Shown in pieces: positions 36,438 through 46,757 of a stretch of 64,000 bases of DNA. Numbering within the stretch: position 1 is the first letter of the stretch; each line of letters opens with the position of its first letter. The translations under genes were made by a program, and so were the position numbers. Source of the DNA: a virus; IMG/VR virus record IMGVR_UViG_3300047564_005910, positions 32,001 through 96,000 of that record. One strand, given 5' to 3'. The notes below the pieces were generated by a model. The model did not search any database and was not told the origin of the DNA. It worked only from the letters and a program-made list of their open reading frames with translations.

Positions 36438-37157
36438 CTATTGTGGCCCGTTAAAGTTTTGTATTGGAAAATCATTTAATACGTCATCTCTGCTTAGAGA
36501 CTGGTTATCAGTAACTGAGTCAATAGTGTAGTAATGATATACAAATGTAGTCTCGCGAAGACGAGGGGTTGTTGAAGTAGAATAGTTAAACTCTTCTCCG
36601 ACAACTGAAACGGGGCAAGCATCGTAAAAAGTATATTTTTGTGTAACGTGTGGAGGTTCGTCTCTAGAAATAACACCAAGTCTATACAGTGTAAAATTTG
36701 TGCGATATTGAGGAAATTCTTTTGTGGCGACTAATCCGTAATGAGCAGTTGCAATGACCCAAGGACGAATAACATTGTCTGCAAAACTTACATTGGTATC
36801 TAAAAAGACAATCTGTAAGGGGGTATAAGCATCTCGGCCACCCCCAACTGTCGTACGTAAAAATCCATTGTATTGTAGACCTTCTGGGTTGGCTACCATA
36901 CTTTCTCCAGGAAGCTGTATTGCTTGAGCAAAAAGACAGCCTTTTGTATTTTGAAGTCGCTCTTCTGTACATTTTTCAAGAGCTGTTTCAATGTTCCACT
37001 GCAATGGTTCAAACTCTAAAGCCTTTTTAATAGCATTTACAGGGCCAGTGAAATCATCAAACTGTAATACCCATTGAGCACCTTTAGGTATTGCAGTTGC
37101 TGGACGAGTTAAAAACTCATCTAAAAAGTACGGGATACGGCTTTTAAATTCAGACAT
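36438..37157 (-). CDS. Tail-tube initiator / baseplate-tube junction protein, gp54-like
   Basis: AQAIQLPGES, LQIVFLDT, YTFYDACPVSVVGEEFNY, TFVYHYY tube-fold motifs; next to tube gene. Confidence 0.7.
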   Translation of the reverse strand: MSEFKSRIPYFLDEFLTRPATAIPKGAQWVLQFDDFTGPVNAIKKALEFEPLQWNIETALEKCTEERLQNTKGCLFAQAIQLPGESMVANPEGLQYNGFLRTTVGGGRDAYTPLQIVFLDTNVSFADNVIRPWVIATAHYGLVATKEFPQYRTNFTLYRLGVISRDEPPHVTQKYTFYDACPVSVVGEEFNYSTSTTPRLRETTFVYHYYTIDSVTDNQSLSRDDVLNDFPIQNFNGPQ

Positions 37158-37199
37158 ATAAACTAATATATATCTTTATTTAAGGGTAAATTTATGTTA

Positions 37200-37754
37200 T
37201 TAGTTACCAGAAAATACTGTTGGAGAAAGACTTGCTTGGGTTACTCTCCAGTATTGATAAGCGAGAACAGCGGGTACTGTTACAATTTGGCCGTTGTCGC
37301 CCATATTATATGTCGACTCCCCAACACTTTGTACATATGCACCAACTAATGTATAATTACGAATTGGTTGCATTTGAGAATTTAGTAAAGCCATAATAAT
37401 TGTTGAAGCAGGACCTGGTGTTTTGTAAGAACCGGTTGATGTAGAATCGTCAAATGTATTAAATGTAGCGTTTTCTAAAGCTATACGAATTTTATAATCA
37501 GAATCGCAACGGAATGTTACGTTATAGGCATCTGAGCCTGGATATGTAGCTGTACCAGGTACGTTAAACTGAAGCCCCATAAAGGGTACCGGGACGTTTG
37601 TTACTGCTCTCCCTGGTAGGTTTGCTGTTTCAAGGTATACCAACTCGTCATCGGTAAAATTAGTATTTGCTAATCTAATTAGACGAAATTGAAACTGACG
37701 TGCGAAGTCTTTGTCGCGCGCTACTCTATAGAAGTCTGAGATGTTTTGTGCCAT
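37200..37754 (-). CDS. gp19: Tail tube protein
   Basis: ARQFQF, TANLPGR..VPVPFMG...VPG, YNVTFRCD, YTLVGAY..SVGE, LAYQYW. Confidence 0.9.
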   Translation of the reverse strand: MAQNISDFYRVARDKDFARQFQFRLIRLANTNFTDDELVYLETANLPGRAVTNVPVPFMGLQFNVPGTATYPGSDAYNVTFRCDSDYKIRIALENATFNTFDDSTSTGSYKTPGPASTIIMALLNSQMQPIRNYTLVGAYVQSVGESTYNMGDNGQIVTVPAVLAYQYWRVTQASLSPTVFSGN

Positions 37755-37774
37755 ATGTTTTAATTATTTATTCT

Positions 37775-40204
37775 TTAAATCAATTCTTGGAAGTTTTGTC
37801 CAGTTCTTGTTGCAATGAAGTTGACTAATATAAACTCAGCGGCGCGAACCGGCTTAACGTATATATCTACCGCCATTTCATTACGGTCTATTAAATCAGG
37901 TGTATTGTTTCTTTCGTCACAAACAATTAGGTAATCGTATAAACCTTGTGTTGTTTTTGCTAACTCAAACACTGGTATAATGTCGTTTACTAAACGGGTA
38001 CGTGTAAATGCTGTATTTGGTTCAAATACGTAGTATTTAACTACACTCATTACTGCTTTTTCTAAAACCAAGAACAAGCGACGTACATTAATTCTATCAA
38101 ATGCTGATGGCTTGTCTTGTAGTGTTTTTTGCCCGAATACAACAAAACCATCTCCAGAGAAGAATACAACAGGGTTAACACCGATATTGTATAAGAAGTC
38201 TCTTTGCTTTTGATTTGGATTAAACGCTAAATCTATTGCATTATTAACAACGCCGCGGTTTAGGCCAGCTGGAGCAATCCATGGTTGAGTTGCAGCATCG
38301 GTACGGGCAATGACAGCAGCAGCATAAGCCGAGAACGGCATCCAGAATTGCTTGTCGGCATACGGATCATATGCTTTTACCCAGTTGCCATAAGCTACAG
38401 AATAGTTTGAATTAATTCCAGCGTATAGATTCTTAAGAGGCTTAAAGATGTTAATAGAGAACGTGTTACCTCTGAATGCTAATGTCTTGGCATTTTCCCC
38501 GTTGACAAATATTTGTCTTAGCGGATCTGAAAGGAAGATACAATCTCTACGGGTATTTTCAACAAAGTTATTGAATACATTGAACATCGATCTCCATTTA
38601 CCGATTAGTTGTGAATCAGTTACAAAAAGATCTGATAAGTTTGCTGCTTTTTCATCATTATACCCTGTTGATGCAGATGCATTAGAATAAATTGTTGAAA
38701 GACCGGCGTCGCAAACTACGTCAATAGCTGCGGTTTCTGTTGATTCAACAAGTGATAAAGCACGTTGAACTTTATCTACTACATTACCAATTTCTTTATT
38801 TTGAGTTCTATTAAATACAGGGTTATAAACACTACCTGTGAATAGTGCTTTGCCTTCTTGCTTAATACGTACAGCCGAAGCTGGGGTTGTTGAGTTAGGT
38901 ACTATCCAATTGTCTTCAGCTACAGAAGGGTTAACGTATAATTTTAAGTTTGCAGAACGATCGTTAATAATATCTTGAATATAAAACGTACGCTCAATGC
39001 CACCTAAATCTGCAGCTGTTTTTCTATTCTTATTAAATGAACCAATCCATGACTCAGCAAGAGAAGCAGCTAATACTTGTGGTTCGTATATTGAGTTACG
39101 AACTTTAAATACAGTGATTACGACACTATCGTTATAGTACGGGTTACTAAAGTTAAATTGTGGTATACCTTCAATTGTTTCCGAAATACTATTAGATCCT
39201 TGCTTTGTAAAGTCAGCTGATAAAGCGAAACTTAAGCGATCCTGGGTGACCTGTGCAAATTTGTTGGTACCTGTTAAAGCAAATATTTGAGAAGCAGCTG
39301 TAAAATTAGAATCAGGGCCAAACTCTGAGTTATCAGAGATGTTTACATAATATCCTTCAAATGCTTCATTAATGGTTGTTTGTCTTTGGTTAAGAATTAT
39401 TAACCCAGCATTTACTTCGTTAAGATTTGGATCATAATTCGGTGTACCAGCTACCGTTGTTTGTACTGATGATGTACCAATAGAGAACGATACTGATGAA
39501 TTGTCTGCATCTAAGCTGTTGATCTGATATGTATTTGGTGTTGGGTCAATTGAAAAGGCGGGTGTGCTGCTTGAAAATACAACAATGTTACTAGGTATTA
39601 CCCCAGTTAATTGATTAGCAATTGTTTTGTTTTCATCATTAACTGTAGATGTTGCTGATACCGCAAGGTTAGTTAATGTGTTTTTTATGAAATTGACAAC
39701 TATACTTGTCGAAGATGTTGGTACTGTGACAGATACGTTTTGATACGCTGTTACTGTTGTTGTTGAAGTGGTCGTTGAACCAGTACCAATCCATTTAATA
39801 TTACCTTGTACAAAGTTATTATACTCAGTACCGTTCAAGTTAATATGCTTGGGGGCACCGATATTGTATGAACTTACTGACTTAGTAACCGGGTATAGTA
39901 GGGCGCTATACTCAGATGAAAAAACTTCCCCGGAGCCAGAGCCATAAGGTAAACGAGTTGTTAAAAGAGTTGCTGGAGAATTTAATACTTCTTTACATGA
40001 ATGATAGAAATATCTTTCAGCTGCGGTTTGGGGCTGACCGTAAATTTGTTCAAACTCAGAAATTGTTGTAACGAGGTTTACTTCGTCAGTAGGCCCTTGA
40101 GCAGCGAAACCCGCTATATAGACATTAGTTCCACCACCAACCTGTTGGTTAAATGATAAATCTGTCTCTGTGATCTGTACACCTGGTGAATTTATTACTC
40201 GCAT
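37775..40204 (-). CDS. gp18: Tail sheath protein
   Basis: SPGVQITETDLS, PWIAPAGLNRG, GQKTLQDKPSAFDRINVRRLFL, FEPN, CDERNNTP, IYVKPVRAAEFI. Confidence 0.96.
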   Translation of the reverse strand: MRVINSPGVQITETDLSFNQQVGGGTNVYIAGFAAQGPTDEVNLVTTISEFEQIYGQPQTAAERYFYHSCKEVLNSPATLLTTRLPYGSGSGEVFSSEYSALLYPVTKSVSSYNIGAPKHINLNGTEYNNFVQGNIKWIGTGSTTTSTTTVTAYQNVSVTVPTSSTSIVVNFIKNTLTNLAVSATSTVNDENKTIANQLTGVIPSNIVVFSSSTPAFSIDPTPNTYQINSLDADNSSVSFSIGTSSVQTTVAGTPNYDPNLNEVNAGLIILNQRQTTINEAFEGYYVNISDNSEFGPDSNFTAASQIFALTGTNKFAQVTQDRLSFALSADFTKQGSNSISETIEGIPQFNFSNPYYNDSVVITVFKVRNSIYEPQVLAASLAESWIGSFNKNRKTAADLGGIERTFYIQDIINDRSANLKLYVNPSVAEDNWIVPNSTTPASAVRIKQEGKALFTGSVYNPVFNRTQNKEIGNVVDKVQRALSLVESTETAAIDVVCDAGLSTIYSNASASTGYNDEKAANLSDLFVTDSQLIGKWRSMFNVFNNFVENTRRDCIFLSDPLRQIFVNGENAKTLAFRGNTFSINIFKPLKNLYAGINSNYSVAYGNWVKAYDPYADKQFWMPFSAYAAAVIARTDAATQPWIAPAGLNRGVVNNAIDLAFNPNQKQRDFLYNIGVNPVVFFSGDGFVVFGQKTLQDKPSAFDRINVRRLFLVLEKAVMSVVKYYVFEPNTAFTRTRLVNDIIPVFELAKTTQGLYDYLIVCDERNNTPDLIDRNEMAVDIYVKPVRAAEFILVNFIATRTGQNFQELI

Positions 40205-40242
40205 ATTATTGTAATATTATTTATTCTAAATCAGGTACTTTT

Positions 40243-40854
40243 TTAATTCTTTGATAGAAAAACATCTAATTGCCCAAATGTAAACTCAACACTAGACTCT
40301 AAAATTTCAGAATCTCTGTAATTGTAATTAATACCGGCTAAATTAGTTATAAAGGCATTATAATAGCGGAATTCGATTGTTCTTTGATTGTATTCGTTTA
40401 AACCTATAACTGAAAGTATAGTTTGATACTCTGTCAAAAGACCGTTACGGCTCACACTGTCACTATCTAACGGCTTCATTGAAGTTGGTGTTTTAACGTC
40501 GTAAATACTTTCTCTAGGGGTATTCATTAAAGCTAACCATTTCCATAAAACCCAGTAATTTTTAAACTGATTATCAATAATAAAATTAACATTTAGTGGA
40601 GGGTACGCCGGACGAGAATGACTAGATATATTGACACTTTGACCTGCAAAGCGTAGTTCTACAGGGGGCACGCTAATAGGGGGCACGATCCCTCCGTATA
40701 TACTAAGTTGTACTGATTCTAAATCTAAATTTTTATCTGTTATAGCAGCATCTTTAAAAATTTTTGGTAAATTAAAGACTAGTAAAAATTTATCTTTACT
40801 CGGGCGGTTAAGATTCGACTGCAGCGCTGGATTTTCTAAACATTCTTCGGCCAT
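40243..40854 (-). CDS. gp3: Tail completion / tube terminator, gp3-like (start revised to ATG 40854)
   Basis: YPPLNVNFIIDNQFKNYWVLWKWL, FRYYNAFITNLAGINY; ATG 40854 abuts the terminase stop at 40856. Confidence 0.7.
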   Translation of the reverse strand: MAEECLENPALQSNLNRPSKDKFLLVFNLPKIFKDAAITDKNLDLESVQLSIYGGIVPPISVPPVELRFAGQSVNISSHSRPAYPPLNVNFIIDNQFKNYWVLWKWLALMNTPRESIYDVKTPTSMKPLDSDSVSRNGLLTEYQTILSVIGLNEYNQRTIEFRYYNAFITNLAGINYNYRDSEILESSVEFTFGQLDVFLSKN

Positions 40855-40855
40855 A

Positions 40856-42622
40856 TTATAAAGGTTTAAACCCAAGAGATAATAAATCATCAAAATCGCT
40901 TGTGTTGTACATATTATTTAATTCTTCTTCACTTATAAGTGGGGTGTAGCCTGTAGGGTCTGTTTCTTGATTTTTATTTTCTAAAACCTTAAAATTGTTT
41001 AAGTCTTTTAAAATATATAAACTTGGATCAGGATCGTAAAAATCACCAGGTAGTATTTTTAACGGTTTACCCTGATCGTCAAATTCCTCAACATTAAAAT
41101 ACTGCTGACATAAATCAGGTTCTAGTATAAAAAGAGCCCAGTTAAGAGCCATAACTCTATCGTCATAAAAATTATCATTCTTTTTTCTATATGTACCGTT
41201 TGGGTACCGAACAAAAGTTTCTAACTCTTTTATTGTTTCAATGTCATGTACAAAAACAGCTTGAATAAAGTTTAACCAATAGCGCATATTTGCAACGCTT
41301 GAAAATCTTAAATTGTTGTGACTGTAAACTCCTAAATGTCTCGTGTTTGCATATGACCCTGTATTGGCTAACTTAGAATAACAGACAATTTTTTCATATT
41401 CATGTTTATGAAACAAAGCATCAATAACTTGAGCGCCACAGTTATTGCGTTCAATTATGATTGGTGGGCGTCCCCAAGAGTTTAATATAACATTTAGTTG
41501 GTTGGCAAAATAGTACGGTTCAATAATACTAGTACTATAAACACCAACTTGTTTTATATCTGTTAAATCCGTAATATCTAAAATTTGTACAACAGAAGCG
41601 GCGCGACCAATCCCCTCCCCGACATCAACCCCAAAAATGTAAAGTTTTTTTGGATCCGGCATTTCAAAAACTTTATAACTTTTGTTTTCGTTTTCCCAAA
41701 TGGGTGGCTTACGCTGCTCTTTAAATCGTTCAATAACTGCAGCGCCAACCGCTGAGCTACCCTCATCTAAAAACGTGTTACCAAATTCTTGTTGAAAGCC
41801 TTCTTCAGAACCTAAAGCAGCTACCATCTGTTTACGCCACTTTTCTGTACGACCAGGTACGTCCCACCAATCAATTCTTTCAGCATGCCATCCGTTTGTG
41901 CCCTTTTCAGCGCCAGAATAAATTTCATAAAACTTATTACCAACACCGTTTGGCGTACTGACCATAAAAATTTTTGTTTTCTTACCAGATGAAATGATCG
42001 GTATAACGGATTTCCAAAACTCGTCCATAAAGTTAGGCTCAATAAACGCAGCTTCGTCAATGATTAGAATTGAAGCTGTGTCGCCACGAGCAGCAGTTGA
42101 TGTTGTTGTACTAATACCAATACTTGAACCGTTTGCAAACGTTACACCTGTTTTACCATATTCTTTAACACCAGGCTTAAGATAGTTGGGTAACATTTCA
42201 TATGCTAAACGAACACGTTTAAAAATATTAATAGCTGTACTTTCTTTGTTGGCAACAATAATAACTCTTTGATCGTCAAAGAAGCATGTGTTCCAAAGTG
42301 CGTAGATAGTACTAATTGTTGTCTTACCGCATTGACGTGAGGCTAATACGCAAACAAACCTATTCTCAGATAAGCTCTTTAACGCCTTTTTTTGAGCTTT
42401 ATAAAGTTCAATTTTTATTTTACCAAGATCTAAGTTAACTATATAGAAATGATTTTCCGCAAAGTGTACAATATTTTCTTTACACTTCTTTAACTCTTTG
42501 ACCATTTTCGGAGTCCATTTAAACTCCGCATCTTCATTAGGTAAATTTTTATCTCCCCGATAAAAATGTGAATCACTTACTGGGTCGTTAATTATGTCGA
42601 TGTCTTCTGTATTATCAGGCAT
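40856..42622 (-). CDS. gp17: Terminase large subunit
   Basis: ASRQCGKTT Walker A, IIDEAAFI Walker B, STPNG, GVDVGEG, DDRVMA nuclease motifs. Confidence 0.96.
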   Translation of the reverse strand: MPDNTEDIDIINDPVSDSHFYRGDKNLPNEDAEFKWTPKMVKELKKCKENIVHFAENHFYIVNLDLGKIKIELYKAQKKALKSLSENRFVCVLASRQCGKTTISTIYALWNTCFFDDQRVIIVANKESTAINIFKRVRLAYEMLPNYLKPGVKEYGKTGVTFANGSSIGISTTTSTAARGDTASILIIDEAAFIEPNFMDEFWKSVIPIISSGKKTKIFMVSTPNGVGNKFYEIYSGAEKGTNGWHAERIDWWDVPGRTEKWRKQMVAALGSEEGFQQEFGNTFLDEGSSAVGAAVIERFKEQRKPPIWENENKSYKVFEMPDPKKLYIFGVDVGEGIGRAASVVQILDITDLTDIKQVGVYSTSIIEPYYFANQLNVILNSWGRPPIIIERNNCGAQVIDALFHKHEYEKIVCYSKLANTGSYANTRHLGVYSHNNLRFSSVANMRYWLNFIQAVFVHDIETIKELETFVRYPNGTYRKKNDNFYDDRVMALNWALFILEPDLCQQYFNVEEFDDQGKPLKILPGDFYDPDPSLYILKDLNNFKVLENKNQETDPTGYTPLISEEELNNMYNTSDFDDLLSLGFKPL

Positions 42623-42632
42623 GCATAGTTAA

Positions 42633-43031
42633 TTATGAGCCTTGACCACTATTTAACATACCAATAAGTGTAGATCTAATATGCTCTATAAGAGCATCTT
42701 TATCGTGATGATTTTTTGCATGCATAATGTGCACTTTTTCCCCGTTTAAATCGTAACCTAAAATTACATATGCTCTTAAAAACTCTTCGCAAATATTGCT
42801 TAAATGTTCAAGATCTTTTAATTTATTTTGTTTTAAAGTTGTTACGTCGTAAAAACGTAAAAATGCTTGCTTAATAACTTCATCAACGTCCGGGGGTATC
42901 GGTATTTGATTTATATCTTCAACATTGACAGAACTTAAATTTACACCACTTAATCCAACAGAAATAACTGGCGCCTTTTTTAGGCGAGTTTTTTTCTTTT
43001 TTTTCTCGGGTTGTTTATCTTGTCGTGGCAT
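42633..43031 (-). CDS. Hypothetical late protein with basic N-terminus
   Basis: ORF track; TAAATA 7 nt upstream; directly precedes the terminase. Confidence 0.7.
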   Translation of the reverse strand: MPRQDKQPEKKKKKTRLKKAPVISVGLSGVNLSSVNVEDINQIPIPPDVDEVIKQAFLRFYDVTTLKQNKLKDLEHLSNICEEFLRAYVILGYDLNGEKVHIMHAKNHHDKDALIEHIRSTLIGMLNSGQGS

Positions 43032-43041
43032 AAAAAAATAT

Positions 43042-43368
43042 TTATTTTGTTTTATTTGTGTAACTTTCTGCTTTATTGTTTATGCCAAACTTTACAAGAT
43101 AACTAATAATGACTTCTGCAGAGTCTGTTTTAACTTTTAACCGTCCTGGTATAAACTGACCTCCATCATACAACTCTATAGACGACTCTCCGACGTAAGG
43201 GTCGTTTAAGTAACACGTACAAAATATGGAGGCTCCTTTAGGGTCAATTACAATTGTCCAAACTCGTGAGTCTGCATTACTGTATTCTGTAAAAAGTTTA
43301 TGAGCGTAGTAACCGCTATCCCGTAAACGTTTTAGAAAATAACCTAGGGTTGTTATCTTATTTGACAT
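43042..43368 (-). CDS. Hypothetical protein (108 aa)
   Basis: ORF track; tiles with neighbours. Confidence 0.7.
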   Translation of the reverse strand: MSNKITTLGYFLKRLRDSGYYAHKLFTEYSNADSRVWTIVIDPKGASIFCTCYLNDPYVGESSIELYDGGQFIPGRLKVKTDSAEVIISYLVKFGINNKAESYTNKTK

Positions 43369-43396
43369 ATATACTATTATCTTATACTACAAGAGT

Positions 43397-44134
43397 TTAT
43401 TTTACAAGGGCTGATATAATAAATTTAGTGTTTATTAAGCTTGTATAATTTTCAAATAACAGTATTTTAAGGTTGTTGTTTATTTTTACTAAAAATTGCT
43501 GTTGGCCTAACCCGCTTAGCACCCGGAAGTTTTCTAAATTTAAAGGTATGTTATCTGTTATCTCTTTACCGTTATATTCATTAGTTATGAGGTATGTAAT
43601 ATTGTTAACGTTTTGTCTTTGATGGTCGTTAAGCTCTGCGTATACTTTCTCCTCCCGGGTAAAGAAATATAATTTGTCTGTATCAGTAGCTATAGAACTA
43701 CCTTTTAATATTTCGTTAAATTTTGTATTTGTTAATTCAAACTGACTATCAAACTCTAACTGTTGTATTTTTTGAGGATTAACAGGACTTTTTTGTATAT
43801 AACTATCATCAATTAAGAAGTAGTTAAACTTTAACCCCGCTGTATCATATTTTAAAGAGTTGTTTGTAACAGTTAGTGTAATCTCAGGCTGTTCAACACA
43901 TTCAAGTAAACGAATAAACTTCTTTATATCAGGTATGTTTAACTTGGGCACGTTTAAGCTACCTGTTTCAACTTTATACTCAGCGTATAAAACTACACTA
44001 CCGTCGTTTGAATTACACGTAGTATATATTTTGTTTGTATCAATACAAAGAGAGGCATTATCTGTTAATTTACTAACAGGTAACAAAAATTGCCGTAAAA
44101 ATATATCTTTACTAAATGTTATTTTTTTATCCAC
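43397..44134 (-). CDS. gp45: DNA polymerase sliding clamp (gp45/PCNA-like)
   Basis: 245 aa with two-domain clamp pattern (LNIPDIKKFIRLL, FELTNTKFNEILK, LNLENFRVL, KFIISALVK); replication context. Confidence 0.65.
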   Translation of the reverse strand: MDKKITFSKDIFLRQFLLPVSKLTDNASLCIDTNKIYTTCNSNDGSVVLYAEYKVETGSLNVPKLNIPDIKKFIRLLECVEQPEITLTVTNNSLKYDTAGLKFNYFLIDDSYIQKSPVNPQKIQQLEFDSQFELTNTKFNEILKGSSIATDTDKLYFFTREEKVYAELNDHQRQNVNNITYLITNEYNGKEITDNIPLNLENFRVLSGLGQQQFLVKINNNLKILLFENYTSLINTKFIISALVK

Positions 44135-44496
44135 TCTAGAACGCTTTCTGCAATAGTTTTAAGACTTTTATCTATAGATAGTATAGCGTTTTTTATGTCA
44201 GTATCTACTAAAGTTTGAGATACTGCGCTAGTTTGTACAGGTTGTACAGGCTGTGGCTGCACAGGGGTAGGTTCTGGTAGCGGGTAGAGTTGCTCAGCAA
44301 GACGATTTTGCTCTTCTATTATTCGAGCTTGTTTTTGTTGTTGAATTTGTTTAACACCAACTAAAAAGTCTTGAGGGTTAATTCTTGTTGCAGGACCGTT
44401 ACTGGATTGCTGTACAGTATATTGATCTACTTCTTTTAAAGTACTTCCTGCTAATTTAGCAACCATAGCGGCTGCAAGTTGTTCGTCAAATGTCAT
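44119..44496 (-). CDS. Hypothetical protein, Gln/Pro-rich
   Basis: ORF track; PVQPQPVQPVQ low-complexity linker. Confidence 0.65.
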   Translation of the reverse strand: MTFDEQLAAAMVAKLAGSTLKEVDQYTVQQSSNGPATRINPQDFLVGVKQIQQQKQARIIEEQNRLAEQLYPLPEPTPVQPQPVQPVQTSAVSQTLVDTDIKNAILSIDKSLKTIAESVLEWIKK

Positions 44497-44504
44497 AATT
44501 TAAT

Positions 44505-45158
44505 TTAGGCTTTTTTATCTTGTTGTGCAAATTCTACAAATTTATAAAACTCAGCACGAGATTGATCGCTTTTATCTAAAAACGCCCCTGACATTCTTGC
44601 AGTCCTCATAGTACTGTCATGCTTAATACCGCGATTCGAACAACAGGTATGATTAGCTTCTATTAATACAGCAACTCCTTTATTCTTTTCGCAGACTTGA
44701 TCAATATACTGATGAATCTGCATTGTAAGATTTTCTTGGACTTGAGGTCTACGTGAAAACCAATCAACGATACGGTTTAGTTTAGACAAACCAATAACCT
44801 TACCCGTCTTTGAAGGAATATAAGCAACGTGTGCTACCCCCATAAACGGTGCGTGGTGATGGGAGCACATCGATACTACCTTAATATTATTTTGACAGAC
44901 CATACCATCATAACCATCTACATTAGCAAAAGCTGTTACTTTGGGCGGAGCAGTATAACACCCCATCGCTAAATCTGTAACAAACGCCTTAGCTACACGA
45001 CGAGGCGTATCGGCACTATTCGGGTCATTACGCCAATCGAAGCCGAGAGCGTCTAAATATTGTTCGTATGCCTGAGCTCCCCTTGATATTAATTCTTCTG
45101 TTTCTTCTGGTGTATGAACTATATTATGATTAGCGTATTGTAGTTTTTTTCTAGACAT
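44505..45158 (-). CDS. folE: GTP cyclohydrolase I
   Basis: [42 protein letters not shown]. Confidence 0.95.
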   Translation of the reverse strand: MSRKKLQYANHNIVHTPEETEELISRGAQAYEQYLDALGFDWRNDPNSADTPRRVAKAFVTDLAMGCYTAPPKVTAFANVDGYDGMVCQNNIKVVSMCSHHHAPFMGVAHVAYIPSKTGKVIGLSKLNRIVDWFSRRPQVQENLTMQIHQYIDQVCEKNKGVAVLIEANHTCCSNRGIKHDSTMRTARMSGAFLDKSDQSRAEFYKFVEFAQQDKKA

Positions 45159-45161
45159 ATA

Positions 45162-46079
45162 TTAAAGAGAAGCTAAAAGTTCTTTGAGTTTTGCGTCAGT
45201 GTCATCAGTAGCTGGTTTATCTTCAGCTATTTCAGTTTTCGAAATAGCGGGTTCTGCAGTTGATGAACTCTTAATACCTTCAAATATATTTTGGAGTGCT
45301 TCGTCTTTAGTTGGCTTACTAATAGGGGTAATGAGTTCTTCATCATTATCATCTTCAGTATTAACGTCTTGTACACAGAAGAAGTGCTGTTCAAGCATTC
45401 TTTGAAGTTCAGCCTGAGTCTTTGGCTTAAAAAACTTATCAAGCTGATGTACACTGCTATAAATCGTATCTAATTTTTTAGCATCTAAGCCTTCAATCGT
45501 TGAAGGAGAAGTAAATTTAGAAGATGTGTATGTTGGCAGCCCACCTTTACCTAGTCCGCTGGCAGCACGGGCTTCGCACTTAATTCTTAAGTTACATCCA
45601 TTAGCTAGATCAAAGATCTTGACACCAAACTCTTCGGCATCATCTCCGTCAATTGCACTATTGATAATTTTAGCTAATTCCCGGCCATAGCGAATAATTT
45701 TAACCTTACCTTCATTTTCAGGATTAGTAGGATCGGAAATAACATAAGCGTTTACTAACCAGCTTTCTTTACGAGCAATAGGCTTTACCTTTTCTTTTTC
45801 TTCAGCGCTGCCAGTTCTAAAGTTTTTAATAACATGAGAGTCAATCGGGCAAGATTCTCCGTAAGTAGTCGGACACAAGCACGTAACAAACTGACCTGTG
45901 CAAAAACTGTTCCAACTATGGTGATAGTAATGGTACAAGGTACGAGCTGGTGCGTCAACATTAGGTACAAGACGAACAATGTAAGTCTTACCTGTTTCAA
46001 ATTTCATTACGTCCTTAAACGGACTTTCTGATTTAGTGGATAGAGATGCTTTAATTTCGTTAAAGATATTTTTATTCAT
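45162..46079 (-). CDS. gp32: Single-stranded DNA-binding protein
   Basis: VRLVP, HHSW..CPTTYGESCPI, NAYVISDPTNPENEGKVKI, acidic tail. Confidence 0.9.
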   Translation of the reverse strand: MNKNIFNEIKASLSTKSESPFKDVMKFETGKTYIVRLVPNVDAPARTLYHYYHHSWNSFCTGQFVTCLCPTTYGESCPIDSHVIKNFRTGSAEEKEKVKPIARKESWLVNAYVISDPTNPENEGKVKIIRYGRELAKIINSAIDGDDAEEFGVKIFDLANGCNLRIKCEARAASGLGKGGLPTYTSSKFTSPSTIEGLDAKKLDTIYSSVHQLDKFFKPKTQAELQRMLEQHFFCVQDVNTEDDNDEELITPISKPTKDEALQNIFEGIKSSSTAEPAISKTEIAEDKPATDDTDAKLKELLASL

Positions 46080-46090
46080 ATTGTTGTTAT

Positions 46091-46118
46091 ATTATACTTT
46101 GTATTTTTTAGAGTTCAA
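46091..46118 (-). promoter_or_regulatory. Sigma70-like promoter TTGAAC-N16-TATAAT for gp32
   Basis: Read on the reverse strand; 11 nt before the ATG. Confidence 0.7.
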
Positions 46119-46757
46119 CTCTCGATCTACAAATAGTTTAACCTTTATAAACGCTTCCTTAAGGAATGGTCTTAGTATTTTGCTACTCATATAACGAGTT
46201 CTGTATTCTAAAAAATTTGTTCCAAAATTACCTAGTAAGAGTTCTTTTTCTTCGCTCGGTATATCTTGTATTATAGAGTAAATGTTAGGAAACTCCATCA
46301 TTGTATAAGCATTTATTTTTCCGTGTTTAAAATGGTACGTCCATTCCGGTTCTAAATTACTTGCTCTAAAAGTTGAGTAGTCTTCGAAGTTTATTTTATT
46401 ATCCAAACAAAACTTTGTAACAACACTTAATGACTCTTTTACGTTATTGAGTTGTGTGTCAGGTTGCGTTTCTATTAACTGTTTTTTATAGATTGTATAT
46501 GTTTTTACAGCGCGAAGAGAAGCAAAATACGTTAAATCAAAATATTGAACATCAGTATATAGTTTATAAGGCGCAGAAAAATATATCTGCATATCAACGT
46601 CCTTATTACGTGTAAAAAAATTGTATAGACGTTTTAAAGATAGAGCCTTACTTGGCTCTAGGTTACTAAAATCATTTTTAAGCTTAAAAGGTTTATTGCG
46701 GAGGGAACGAGAAACTGCTAGGTGAGTGTTATATATGCGTTTTTCAAGTTCGGTCAT
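46092..46757 (-). CDS. Hypothetical protein, possible gp59-like helicase loader
   Basis: ORF track; size (221 aa), basic helical character and position between gp41 and gp32. Function rests on context only. Confidence 0.5.
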   Translation of the reverse strand: MTELEKRIYNTHLAVSRSLRNKPFKLKNDFSNLEPSKALSLKRLYNFFTRNKDVDMQIYFSAPYKLYTDVQYFDLTYFASLRAVKTYTIYKKQLIETQPDTQLNNVKESLSVVTKFCLDNKINFEDYSTFRASNLEPEWTYHFKHGKINAYTMMEFPNIYSIIQDIPSEEKELLLGNFGTNFLEYRTRYMSSKILRPFLKEAFIKVKLFVDRELNSKKYKV

